64,000 nt of DNA from positions 1,550,001 to 1,614,000 of the forward strand of contig NW_027361767.1 in the NCBI RefSeq assembly GCF_039654945.1. Reading direction: 5' to 3'. Positions 13,301 through 25,826 of the stretch are shown one piece after another. The notes beneath the pieces are model-generated. The model worked only from the letters and a program-made list of their open reading frames with translations. It was not told where the DNA came from and ran no database searches. The stretch is from Dendrobates tinctorius. Lineage: Eukaryota. Each line of letters starts with the position of its first letter. The first letter of the stretch is position 1. The position numbers and the translations under genes were made by a program.

Positions 13301-16300
13301 CACACCGTGGGTACCAACCCCACATGAGACGCTTAACTTCGCGCATGGTGGGCATAGCCACATGCGGGAAGTAAGCGATTCTCATGCATTCCTATGGGTG
13401 CGGAATCGCGGCAATTCTTTGCGATTCCGCACAAAAGAATGAGCATGCTGCGATTTTTTTCCGCGATGCGATTCCGCCGCGGAAAAAAGCGCAGCATTAG
13501 CACAGCATGTGCGGAATGCCATAGGAATGCATGGGGGGGGGGGCGTTCTGTACACGATTTTTAAACGTTTTTGCGCCGAAATTCGCGGCAAAACTGCTTA
13601 AAAATCGCATTGTGGGCACACAGCCTTAAACTGTAAAGTGCTGCGGAATATGTTGGCGCTATATAAAGATTATTATTATTTAACCGGGTCTTCTAGTGAT
13701 AGACTATTGCTTTTAGTGCCACTAGGTTACGCCATACTCTTGCACAGTCTACGAAGTCTCCCAATTAACATCCTGCACCGCTTCTATTTCCGAGCCCCAT
13801 TGTAGATGATCCTCGTGTTATTTTCCGTCTTCCCCAGGCCCTGCGTATCCTCTTACACAGCTTAGATCTGCGCGCCAATTGTTACCAGCGTTACATTGTT
13901 CCTCTGCTCAGCGTCTCCGCCGACTTCTACATACGGGTGTTTGTGCGAGTCTTCACTGGACAGGCCAAGGTAAAGATGTCCGCCAGGTGAGTGCTGCTCC
14001 GGAGACCGCGCAAGTGTATCTATAACTAAAAAATATAACCGTAATTCCCCCCCCATTTATCTCCATAGTAAACAAGCCCTGGTGTACAATTGTGTGGGCT
14101 GCGGAACGTACCATCTGCAGCGGATGGGGAGAGCTGTCGCTCATGGAAACAAGTGAGTTGCTTCAATGACTGGGAAATTTACCAGCACTTCACTTTATAT
14201 AAATCGCTTGAAGCAAGTCAGTAAGGTGAGACTACATATCGAAGAGCTTTGACGGAAGCCTATAAAGCCTCTTAGCCCATGGGAAGCCCTTCTTGAACTT
14301 CACACGTCGGGCGCAGGCATATGGATAACACACGAGGCCTTTCAGCCACTTAAACGATCACATAAAGCGTGTTTTCCCGCGCCCATTGGCAGTGACGTAA
14401 TTGTTGGGTGCCGGTGAGTTGCCACGGCATCCCGGAGCCTACTTAAGACCCCTGCTGCTGCCATCTTTGTACTCCCATGTAGTTCAGTTATAGGCACAGA
14501 TGGTAATTTCTTCTATATACTGCAGCTCTGTGATATTCCAGTATATAGTACGAGTGGTCAAATGTCCTAGAAGGACTAAAAAGTAAAGTAACAAACAGAA
14601 AAAAAGTCTAAGTCCACCTTTGTCCGATCAAAGATAAAATTGTCATTTTTCATTCACTGCATCTACGATAAAAATACATAAAAAAAGCAATCAAAACTTT
14701 GTAAATACCCCAAAATGGTACACTAAAAAAAAAAAACAAAAAAGCCTTCAATGGAAAAATAAAATTAATAAGATGAAAATCTTCATATAATATACTAAAA
14801 GACTAAAAATAAAGATTCGGGACTCAGAAAACGTCAAAATGAAGAAAAACGTTATTTTTTAAATACTAAAATATATATAAAAAAATGGAGTGATCATGAA
14901 GGGGTTAAAGGGTAACTAAACTTTCAGCCAACGTTTGACATGTCGGGCGGATAAATTCTGATTTGGTGGGCAGGTAGCTCTGCGATCCAACGGGGCAGAA
15001 GTGATCGGCTGATCCTTGGAGCGTCGAAGGTCTCTACAGTGCAGAATATTGGCTCTAGCCCGAAGTGGCTGATAACAGGGAGCTACAGCGAGTGCAGCTC
15101 GGAGTCTGCAGGGCTGCCGGTGGACATTGGTGCTGTAGTTAATGGATGTAACGCTCTCATTTCGCAGTATGAAGTACTCTGCCGGGACCGGGCCTCCCGT
15201 GGGAACAAGCTGCGAGTTTTGCCGACAGAAGCACCAGGTAGTGAGACCGCCCGTTATATGGTGGCCGTCAGTCCTGCACCCGCCGCCCCGTGTGACCCTG
15301 TGTTGTGTTTCAGGTCGGAGGACCTATCTGGGCCGAGCCCCTCCACGATGTAACATTTGTACAGAAAGTCCTGACCGCGTCAGAGAAAAACCCAAAACGC
15401 TTCAAAACCTCGGACAGGATAGAGGGAGTGCTAAGCATGGTGACCGAGGTCAGAGAGCACCCCCTCCTGGACATTCCCCACACTTGCCCGGTCCTGGCAG
15501 AGCCATAGGCTATGTGTACACTAGGGTGACCGCAAAAAATCGATGTCGGAATTTTGTCCGTCTGGACCCCACAAAACGATTCCCCTTTCCAGATATTGAG
15601 AGAGCCAAAATTTGAGCTCGATCAAACGACGTTAACCCGTGCCGCTCGTCGCTCAAAGTTTGAAAAAATCCAAATTGAGGTATTTTAAGATTTAGGTATT
15701 TTGCATAGTCTGTTAGACTATAAAGAATGTGACAACAACATTGCAGAAATAGCCCTGACCAAATTTTCCAACCATTTGTGGTATTTGAATGCAGAGTTGG
15801 TGGGATTATCGTTTTTTGATCCCACCATTACAGACAATGAAAAGTTGTTAATGGCTAATAAATTGCTCAGTAGCACAGATGAACCATCAGAGCACGCTAG
15901 GGTTGTAAATCCAAAAGTTAGGAAATAAAAATTAAAAGAGGTAGGAAGTAACCGACTTTAACGACCTTCTGACAAAAGATGAAGAACAAAAGCAATATGT
16001 CCTGCAAGTTGTAAGCAAATGCCGAGCATTATATTCTGACGTTTCAAAAACTACTTTAACAAAAGCTCTAGAATAGATTAGATAACTATGTAAAATTATC
16101 AACTCATGTAGGTTAGCGTGCTCTGATGGTTCATCTGTGCTACTGAGCAATTTATTAGCCATTAACAACTTTTCATTGTCTGTAATGGTGGGATCAAAAA
16201 ACGATAATCCCACCAACTCTGCATTCAAATACCACAAATGGTTCGAAAATTTGGTCAGGGCTATTTCTGCAATGTTGTTGTCACATTCGTTATAGTCTAA

Positions 16301-19300
16301 CAGACTATGCAAAATACAGTCATATGTAAAAGTTTGGGCACCCCTATTAATGTTAACCTTTTTTCTTTATAACAATTTTGGTTTTTGCAACAGCTATTTC
16401 AGTTTCATATATCTAATAACTGATGGACTCAGTTATATTTCTGGATTCAAATGAGGTTTATTGTACTAACAGAAAATGTGCAATCTGCATTTAAACAAAA
16501 TTTGACCGGTGCAAAACTATGGGCACCCTTATCATTTTCTTGATTTGAACACTCCTAACTACTTTTTACTGACTTCCTGAAGCACTAAACTGGTTTTGTA
16601 ACCTCATTGAGCTTTGAACTTCATAGCCAGGTGTATCAAATCATGAGAAAAGGTATTTAAAGTGGCCACTTGCAAGTAGTTCTCCTATTTGATTCTCCTA
16701 TGAAGAGTGGCATCATGGGATCCTCAAAACAACTCTCAAATGATCTGAAAACAAAGATTATTCAACATAGCTTTTCAGGGGAAGGATACAAAAAGTTGTC
16801 TCAGAGATTTAACCTGTCAGTTTCCACTGTGAGGAACATAGTAAGGAAATGGAAGAACACAGGTACAGTTCTTGTTAAGCCCAGAAGTGGCAGGCCAAGA
16901 AAAATATCAGAAAGGCAGAGAAGAAGAATGGTGAGAACAGTCAAGGACAATCCACAGACCACCTCCAAAGACCTGCAGCATCATCTTGCTGCAGATGGTG
17001 TCACTGTGCATCGGTCAACAATACAGCGCACTTTGCACAAGGAGAAGCTGTATGGGAGAGTGATGCGAAAGAAGCCGTTTCTGCAAGCACGCCACAAACA
17101 GAGTCGCCTGAGGTATGCAAAAGCACATTTGGACAAGTCAGTTACATTTTGGAAGAAGGTCCTGTGGACTGATGAAACAAAGATTGAGTTGTTTGGTCAT
17201 ACAAAAAGGCGTTATGCATGCGCTGTATTGTTGACCGATGCACAGTGACACCATCTGCAGCAAGATGAGGCTGCCGGTCTTTGGAGGTGGTCTGTGGATT
17301 GTCCTTGACTGTTCTCACCATTCTTCTTCTCTGTCCTTCTGATATTTTTCTTGGCCTGCCACTTCTGGGCTTAACAAGAACTGTACCTGTGTTCTTCCAT
17401 TTCCTTACTATGTTCCTCACAGTGGAAACTGACTGGTTAAATCTCTGCGACAACTTTTTGTATCCTTCCCCTGAAAAGCTATGTTGAATAATCTTTGTTT
17501 TCAGATCATTTGAGAGTTGTTTTGAGGAGCCCATGATGCCACTCTTCATAGGAGAATCAAATAGGAGAACTACTTGCAAGTGGCCACCTTAAATACCTTT
17601 TCTCATGATTTGATACACCTGGCTATGAAGTTCAAAGCTCAATGAGGTTACAAAACCAATTTAGTGCTTCAGGAAGTCAGTAAAAAGTAGTTAGGAGTGT
17701 TCAAATCAAGAAAATGATAAGGGTGCCCATACTTTTGCACCGGTCAAATTTTGTTTAAATGCAGATTGCACATTTTCTGTTAGTACAATAAACCTCATTT
17801 GAATCCAGAAATATAACTGAGTCCATCAGTTATTAGATATATGAAACTGAAATAGCTGTTGCAAAAACCAAAATTGTTATAAAGAAAAAAGGTTAACATT
17901 AATAGGGGTGCCCAAACTTTTACATATGACTGTACCTAAATCTTAAAATACCTCAATTTGGATTTTTTCAAACTTTGAGCGACGAGCGGCACGGGTTAAC
18001 GTCGTTTGATCGAGCTCAAATTTTGGCTCTCTCAATATCTGGAAAGGGGAATCGTTCTGTGGGGTCCAGACGGACAAAATTCTGACATTTTTTCCCCCCC
18101 ATATGAGATCCGGTCACCCTAGTGTACACGTTGCGGATTCTGCTGCGGATCCGCAGCGGATTTGGCCCTGCGGACCCGCAGCGGTGTACAGTACCATGTT
18201 AGCCTATGAAAAACAAAAACCGCTGTGCAGACGCTGCGGATTTTTCCGCGAATTACAATCCGCAGCATGTCAATTGTTTGTGCGGATTCCACAGCGGTTT
18301 CACACCTTATCATTATGAGGTGTGAAACCGCAGGGCAAAACCGCAGGCTAATCCGCAGATAAACCGCAGGACTTTTGTCCTGCGGATTTCACAAAATCCA
18401 CAGTGCAATCCGCAACATGTGCACATAGCCATACTCTTGCTCATCCACCAGCTGATGGCGTTTAACCTTATTTTTCGCCAGGAGCTGAATATCCCGTTAT
18501 ATTACACCCTGGACAACCTGAGCAGCACCGTGCGCTGTAACACCCCATCGCTGCTGCAGTTCAGGTGAGTTCCTGCAGCCCTTCCTTATGTTTGCAGCAG
18601 CAGCCCTCCCCCCCATATGTCTGAGTCCTGTGGAGTGACGCTGCTGCCCGTGGGCGTCCCTTTCACCCGGGACAGAGGGTCATCGTGTCCCGATTAATAG
18701 GACATGAGCAGGATTCCTGGCGGCGGCATCATCTATCGAGCGTGGTACACAATCACTTTAACCCTGTCTTCCAGGTCTGCCCTGCTGCATGCTGGGTATA
18801 AAGTCTCGCTGTCACACGCCTGCCAGAACGCCATAAAGACTGACGCTCCACCCTCTGTTATCTGGGACATAATGAGATGCTGGGTGAGCCACTTTGTATT
18901 TCTTCATCTGCGCGAATCTGAGGTTATTTGAGTGATGATCGGCATGGCTTCTCTTGTCGGGAAGGGGGAGGGGGTCCTAAATTCCAGTGGTCTTATTAAT
19001 GGTCGTCATCAAGCAGCAGCTTGTACTGGGTCTTGTAGCTGCTGCAGCACCTCTTTAGGATGAGAAGGGAGAGCTTCGTATTAATGAGTGAGATGAGCCT
19101 ACTGTCAGAGAGGAAGGAACCTATTAATCTAACATGGGGCCATGTACCAGATTATCAGGATTTAGGGACCATGAAGTGTCAGATTATAAAGGATGTGTTA
19201 CACGGAGATGTGATTATGTCCCGAACAGGAGAAACTGAATCCAGTGAAAAGGGAGAAGCTATCGGAGAGCTGCCCGGCCCACCACATCCTCGGGGCAGAG

Positions 19301-20368
19301 CCCAGGTAGGTGTGCGATGCCTCTTATGGCCGTCACAGTCGCACACGAGTCCCCCGTCTTTCCGCTGTCTAATCTGGGGGAATTATTTGCAGGATTGAGG
19401 CTAATTTTGAAATCCGACAGGATGCAAATCCCAACTCGCGAAGGTTGGGCTTAAAGAGATTTCAAGAAAATCCAGAGGCCAACTGGGGGCCAAAAGCCAG
19501 AGCTAAGGCAGGGTACGTACCGGGTCCGTCACATCGGTCTAATAATGGTACTGGGTCCGGCGCTCCGCTCCAAAACTATGGCGCCTCAGTATTCACCAAC
19601 TGTTCTGTGCACATAATAGTTGAGGGTCACAGCCACAGTCTGTTCCAGTACAGCTCAGGATGAGGAGGGTTGTAGGTTAATCGGGGGGGGGGGGGGTCTG
19701 GTGTCGCTTCATATTGGAATCACTGACTCTGGACTGTCTCCTCCAGGGGAGGAATATCGACGACTCTGGACGATAGGAGGAAACATAATCAGAACAAAAG
19801 GAAAGGCGCCCCGGAAGATCAAAGCCTCAAACAGTTCACGTGTAAGAAATACAAGCAGGTGAGTGGCTGGGGCTTGTGGTTCTAGATATGAGCCAGTAAT
19901 ACATGATATGCACCCCTGTAATGTACAGTCCCTGCCGGCAGGGGGCAATATACAGACACCCAGCAATAGATGCTGGAAGAGCAGCCACCATGCAAGAAGG
20001 GGGTGTCTGCATTTAGCTCCAGTGCAGCAGAATCTGCATCCATCTTTTCTGACGTGACAGAGTGACTTTTTTTTTTATTTTTACTCGTTCCAGTGAAAAA
20101 TTGCTATGGTCTTAAGATTTTTGTTGTAAAAATGACTTGGTGAAATGATTGTCGGTACGATTATGGTAGGACCGAACTAGTGTAGTTTAATTGGTTAAAA
20201 ATTTTAGATCCTGTCCACAACCCGTTAGAATCTGATTTTTCCCGTCTTTGCCTTCTCCAGGGTACCTGTGACTTGGGTGACAGCTGCCGCTACTCACATT
20301 CGCTGGATGACTCTGGGGGGTGTCCTGGGACCCCGCTTCCATCAGAAGAAAATACCACAACCGTATGA
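7305..20368 (+). CDS. trmt1: tRNA (guanine(26)-N2)-dimethyltransferase TRMT1, complete spliced CDS
   Basis: Exons joined in frame at GT-AG sites: 7305-7519, 7649-7704, 8406-8545, 9148-9335, 10226-10341, 10467-10579, 13838-13986, 14069-14152, 15168-15237, 15314-15448, 18482-18564, 18775-18883, 19229-19305, 19393-19512, 19747-19858, 20261-20368 (TGA). Trm1 motifs [27 protein letters not shown] (SAM binding), [21 protein letters not shown], and a C-terminal CCCH finger ([19 protein letters not shown]). Confidence 0.97.
9961..10209. repeat. 43-bp minisatellite, about 6 copies
   Basis: (tgtccaggcctcactgctccctctggtggtgcctgcgtgtata)n. Confidence 0.95.
10630..13681 (+). mobile_element. 5'-truncated L2-clade LINE, interrupted by a MITE at 12747-13625
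   Basis: Frameshifted RT ([41 protein letters not shown]). The 3' tail gtgctgcggaatatgttggcgctatataaaga(tta)n resumes after the MITE. Confidence 0.92.
12747..13625. mobile_element. Non-autonomous PIF/Harbinger-type element
   Basis: TIRs ggctatgtgcccac / gtgggcacacagcc with 3-bp flanks tca/tta. Internal inverted repeat at ~13039-13245. Confidence 0.8.
15522..18121. mobile_element. Non-autonomous fold-back hAT element with transposase remnants
   Basis: TIR tagggtgaccg/cggtcacccta with 8-bp TSD gtgtacac (15514-21, 18122-29). Arm 15522-15899 is mirrored by 16114-16316 plus 17935-18121. Peptides [17 protein letters not shown] and [15 protein letters not shown]. Confidence 0.85.
16317..17932. mobile_element. 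Fold-back Tc1 element made of two left ends
   Basis: TA TSD and cagtcatatgtaaaagtttgggcacccc termini. Arms 16317-17030 and 17219-17932 each encode the transposase N-terminus ([17 protein letters not shown]). The spacer reaches only the first catalytic Asp (VLWTDETK). Confidence 0.95.
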
Positions 20369-20450
20369 GGGCGCTGTGATTTATCTACTACACCATGGCT
20401 TCTCAGACTGTGGATGGACATTTCTGTTTTTTAGCATTTCATTGGAAAGG

Positions 20451-23400
20451 AAACACCAAGGTTACTTACCGGTAGCCGGTTTTTCCGGAGCCCATGACGG
20501 CACACATGAGAGAGTGGATCCGCCCAGTCAGGACAGGAACCCTACTGAAGATAGAAGGGGCGGTACCTCTCCCTCGCTTCAGTTGGTTTACAGAGCATGA
20601 GAGGCCCCCCGGGTTAGTACACAATGTAAAACTATCACCACATTTTATCTAACTAAAAAAGCACCCAAACTATAGTGCACACCAAAAGGAGTGAAAAGGC
20701 GGGGAATATACAGGTGCCGTCATGGGCTCCGGAAAAAACGGCTACCGGTAAGTAACCTTGGTGTTTTCCCGTCTCCCATGACGGCACACATGAGACTTTT
20801 GTAGAATAAGACACCTTAGGGAGGGACCACCGCTTGCAGCACCCTTCTACCAAAGGTTAGGTCAGTAGAGGAAGGCAGATCAAGGCGGTAGTGCTTAAAA
20901 AAGGTGGAAGGTGAGGACCAAGTAGCGGCTTTACAAATTTGTTCAATCGATACCTCAGCCTTCTCTGCCCAGGAGGTAGCCACGGCTCTGGTGGAGTGAG
21001 CCTTGATGCCTTCTGGAACCGGAGCACCACTTGCGGAGTAGGATAACATAATGGCCTCCCTGATCCATCTGGCAATGGTACTCTAAGCCCTTTTCTACTA
21101 CCTTGAAAGGCTACAAAAAGGGACTGATCTTTCCTCCACTGACTAGTTACTGACATATATTGTACTATGGCTCTTCTTACGTCTAATGTATGGAACTTTT
21201 GCTCCCCAGGGTTTCTAGGATTGTTACAGAACGATGGCAAAGAGATCTCCTGAGTCCTATGAAACTTTTGGACTACCTTGGGGAGATAGGCCGGGTCTGG
21301 TCTTAGAACCACTCGGTCATCCACGATCTGTGTATATGGAGGACATATAGAAAGAGCTTGTAGGTCGCTGACTCTTCGGGCTGACGTTAAGGCTACCAGT
21401 AAGACAGTTTTAAGTGTAAGTAGCTTTGGTGACAGTTCTAGTAGTGGTTCAAAGGGATCTTTGGTTAAGGCCTCTAAGACTAGGTTGAGGTCCCAGGGTG
21501 GTGTCTTTGGGATAATGACCGGCCTTGACCTGCCACAGGACTTTATGAATCGGGACACCCACCTATTGGCTGCTAAGTTGCAGTTATATAGGGCCCCCAA
21601 AGCTGAGACTTGAACTTTGAGGGTGTTAGTGGCTAACCCCAGTTGTAGCCCCAACTGTAAGAATTCTAGGATAGGTCCCACTGGCGCTACATCCCCCAAG
21701 GGTTCTCCCAGGAAGTCTAGGAACTTTTTCCATGTTCTACCGTAGATTTGGGATGTTATAGGTTTCCTACTTTTCAACAGGGTGGAGACTAACCCTGGAG
21801 AGAATCCCTGGCGACTCAGTAGCGCCCCCTCAAATTCCAGGCTGCTAGATGGAAGCCCTTCACCTGAGAGTGGACCACTGGTCCCTGGGAAAGCAGGTCT
21901 GGAATCTCCGGTAGTATCCATGGATCTGTCACTGACATGAGTCTCAGAAGGGAGAACCAAGGCCTTCTCGGCCAAAACGGAGCTATAAGAATTACTCTCG
22001 CTCAATCCTCCCTGATTTTCCTGACCACTACTGGGATCATTGTTATCGGGGGGGAAATGCATAGGCCAGGATGAACTTCCAGGGTATTTGTAGGGCATCT
22101 ACTGCGAAGGGGTTTTCCCTTGGGTTTAGTGAGCAGAACTTCCTGACCTTCCGGTTGTGTGCGGTGGCGAACAGCTCTATTTCTGGTTTGCCCCAGGCCT
22201 GAACTATTTGTTGGAAGACTTGGGGGTTTAGGGACCATTCCCTTTGTCTTAGGTGCCTGCGACTCAGGAAGTCTGCCTGTATATTTTCTGCCCCCTTTAT
22301 GTGCAGTGCTGTGATGGATAACAGATGTTGTTCTGCTAGCTGGAAGAGTAGATCTGATATTTGCATGAGGCCCCGAGATCTCGTTCCCCCCTGGTGATTG
22401 ATGTAGGCTACTACTGCCTGATTGTCCATCATGACCCGGGTGTGGCGGCCCCGAAGTAAGGGAAGGAAATGTCTCACGTCTTTTTCCACTGCCCATAGTT
22501 CTTTTACATTTGAACCGTGATCCCTTTCTAGCGAGGACCAAGTCCCCTGTATTGTGTGGGATCTCAGGTGTGCTCCCCATCCTGAGGCACTCGCGTCTGT
22601 TGTAATGATGTCCTCGACTGGTTTTTGCCACGGGACACCGGCTGTTAATTCTTTTCTACCGTCCACCAGAGCAGGAAATCTCAGCCACTGAGAGACATAG
22701 TTTGCCTTCTAAATGCCCTTTTAATTGTTTCTGTGCTGACAGAACTTCCCACTGTAGTTGCCTTAAGTGGTACTGCGCCCATGCTACTGCGGGTATGCAT
22801 GATGTCAGTGAGCCTAAAAGGGACATTGCGTTCCTCAGTGTCATATTTGGTCTTTGTATTGCTGTGCGAGCTAGGCCCCTTGGTCACTTTGCTCTCTGGT
22901 AGGAGGCAGCGTTGTTGCTCGGAGTCCAATATCAACCCTAGGAAGGATTGCTCTTTTGCTGGGGTTATCCTTGATTTGGGGATGTTTACTATCCCTCCTA
23001 TTCCTACTAGAATTGCTATCACTTCCTTCACTTGGTGTGCGCAGTGGGACTCCGACCTACCAATTACAAGAAAGTCATCTAAGTATGGGACGATCACCAT
23101 GTCCCTGGAACGAAGAAAAGACATTACTTCGGCCATCACTTTGGTAAATACTCTGGGGGCTGTAGACAGGCCAAATGGAAGGGCTGCATATTGGTAGTGT
23201 CTCACCTGCCCCTGGACATAGAGCGCTACTCTCAAATATTTTTGATACTCCCGATGGATTGGGATGTGATAGTAGGCATCTTTTAAGTCTATCACTGCCA
23301 TGAGGCAATGCTGGAACAGGATCTTTGTGGCCGTGTTGATTGACTCCATTTTGAAGGAGCAATTGTCTACCCACTGATTGAGTCTCCTCAGGTTGACAAT

Positions 23401-25794
23401 GGTTCTCCAAGAGCCGTCTGTTTTTTGTATTAAGAAGAGGGGGGAGTAGAACCCCCTTCCTTCTTCTTGCACTGGGACTAACTGTAGGACTTGTTTTTTC
23501 ACTAGTCCCAAGACTTCCGTCTCCAGGGCCAGCTGTTGCTCTTGGGCTTTCCTTCTGGGTGTCATTATGAAGGTACACCTGGGCGGACGGATGAATTTTA
23601 TTTTTAAGCTGTCCTTGATTATATTTAGGACCCATGTACTGGGGGAGATATTTGCCCAGTCGGAAAGGAAGAGAGAAAGCCTTCCCCCTACCTCCGGCCC
23701 AATGTCATTGGGGAGATTTTTTGGAGGAAGTGGAGGGCCCTTTAAACATATAGCCCGATCCTCTTTTTTCTTTAAAGTCCCAGCTTTTTCTATCTCCCGG
23801 GGGACGACCCCTGTTAAATCTCCTCCTCCGAAAGGGCTGCTTTTTAGGTTCTCCCGGAAATCGGGGAAAGCTTTTCTTCCTATCCCCCGCATGTTCCAAA
23901 ATCTCTTCTAGTTTTTTCCCGAAGAGGAATTGGCCATCACATGGAATGGAACATAACCTATGCTTTGATGGTAGATCTCCGGGACACCCTTTAAGCCACA
24001 GGGCTCGTCTTGTCGCATTTGACAGGTTTGCTGCTCTAGCTATCAATCTTGCGGAGTCTGCTGAGGAATCTGCTAGGAAAGCCGCTGCTCCGTGCACCAG
24101 TGTCAGATTAGACAGAATTTCGTCCCTAGGAACTCTATCCTTGATCTGATCCTCTATTTGTTGTAGCCAGACCATGAGGGCACGAGCGGTACAGGTACCA
24201 GCTATCGCTGGTTTCAATCCACCTGCTGAAGCTTCCCAGATGTGCTTCAGGAAACGGTCTGCTTTTTTATCAAGCGAGTCTTTCAACACGGCAAAGTCCT
24301 CTAATGGTAGAGATACCTTTTTTGAGGATCTGGCTACGGCCCCATCAATTTTAGGGACTTTATCCCAGGTTTCTGAATCCTTCTGCTCAAAAGGGTACCT
24401 CTTTGATGTGGAAGGTAAGCACCCTGACCTCTCTGGTATGTCCATTCCCTGTCAATTAGTGCTTTTATTTTATCATTTACAGGGAAGGTACGTTTTCGCT
24501 TTTCCTCCAGTCCTCCAAACATTACATCCTCTAATGATTTGGGAGCCTTTTCCTCTTTACGGCCCATTGTAGCCCTAATCGCTCTGACCAGCTTTTCCAC
24601 ATCCTCCGTTGGGAAACATGGACGGCCGCCTGTATCGCTGTCCGAGGAGGATTCTGAGGACTGAGTAGAGGAGGTGGAGGGGGACAAGGATCTATCCCGC
24701 CCCTTCTGCCTTGGCGAGGCCTCTGAATCGGAGCTCCTTATACGGTTTCTTTTATCTTTCTTTTTAAGGGCTGCCCTTAGTGAACCTTTCACCTCCTGTT
24801 GTATTAACTGTTTAAGGCTAGTCACCAAATCAGGGGTCTTCTCTTGTATAGTTTTGTTTATACAGTCAGCGCAGAGGTCTTTCTGCCACTGGTCTGCCAG
24901 CGGGTGTTTACATAGGGCGCATTCTCTATTTTTGGTTTTGCTGCTGGCCTTCCTCGACCCCTAGTGATCAAACAGAGAAAATGGAACCCCGTTACCACAA
25001 GGGTGACATTCACGTAGATCACTCACCACCGCTGTCAATCAGGGGTACCGATCTCTGAGGCTCCTCAGATGCACTCGTGACGTTTCTCCTGGACATCTCA
25101 GAGTCATGCCGGTTGCGTTTATGACTGCCGCTTCCACCACTCAAGTGACTGTTCCTGGTATGCTGGTGGCCCGGCCTGGCATCTGGCGAGAGGTCTTGCC
25201 CCACTTCCATCATGAAGCCTTGGGTATGAGTGAGTCTTCTGTGGTCATCCCCCTTTTGTAAGGGGGATCCACTGCACTCTCCGCCTCCTCCGGTTACCCC
25301 CACAGTCCCTCCTGCCACCGGGATCTCCTTTCGCTGGCCGGCGTTGTTTGCTATGGGCGCCATCTTGGATTGCCGGCGCCGCCTCCCGTCAGGCAGGCAC
25401 GCCTTTTTCCCAGCGTGCCCTGCGTGTGACGTCAGAGCGGCACGACCCGGAAGCGGCCGCTCCTGATGCCGCTGTGCTTCCTGGATGCAGCAGAGGGGGA
25501 GAGGGTGGCACGGCAGAGCCCCGGGACGTGCTGCTTCTGCGCCCGCTCGGACGCTGAGCCCCCGGGGGACCCGCAGACGGCGCTTCCCGACGTACGGCGC
25601 CCAGGACCCTGCCTGTTCTGCCACGCCGGCACGAGAGAGGGGCAGGTACGTGTTCCTCAGTACACAGGTCCCGGTCAGGACAGGAAACCTAACTGAAGCG
25701 AGGGAGAGGTACCGCCCCTTTTATCTTCAGTAGGGTTCCTGTCCGGACTGGGCAGATCCCCTCTCTCGTGTGTGCTGTCATGGGAGACTGGAAA
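20451..25794 (-). mobile_element. DIRS1-type tyrosine-recombinase retrotransposon, structurally complete, with frameshifts
   Basis: Inverted terminal repeats (~20490-20590 vs ~25685-25790). Internal complementary region 20712-20795 reproduces the junction of both ends. gag ~24960-23705; RT 23892-22681 (DLKDAY, LPFGL, YLDD); RNase H (TDASASGWGA); MTase-like domain; YR 22098-20816 (TSARRVSDL, HSTR, HY). AAA at both boundaries. Confidence 0.95.
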
Positions 25795-25826
25795 AATTAC
25801 AGTTTTTCTTTGAAAATATATTTTAT

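Larger units (their letters stand above)
15508..18430. mobile_element. Harbinger-type MITE (outer element of the nest; own sequence 15508-15521 and 18122-18430)
   Basis: TIRs ggctatgtgtacac / gtgcacatagcc, 3-bp TSD ata, tgcgg/ccgca subrepeats as in the copy at 3381-3693. Confidence 0.85.
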
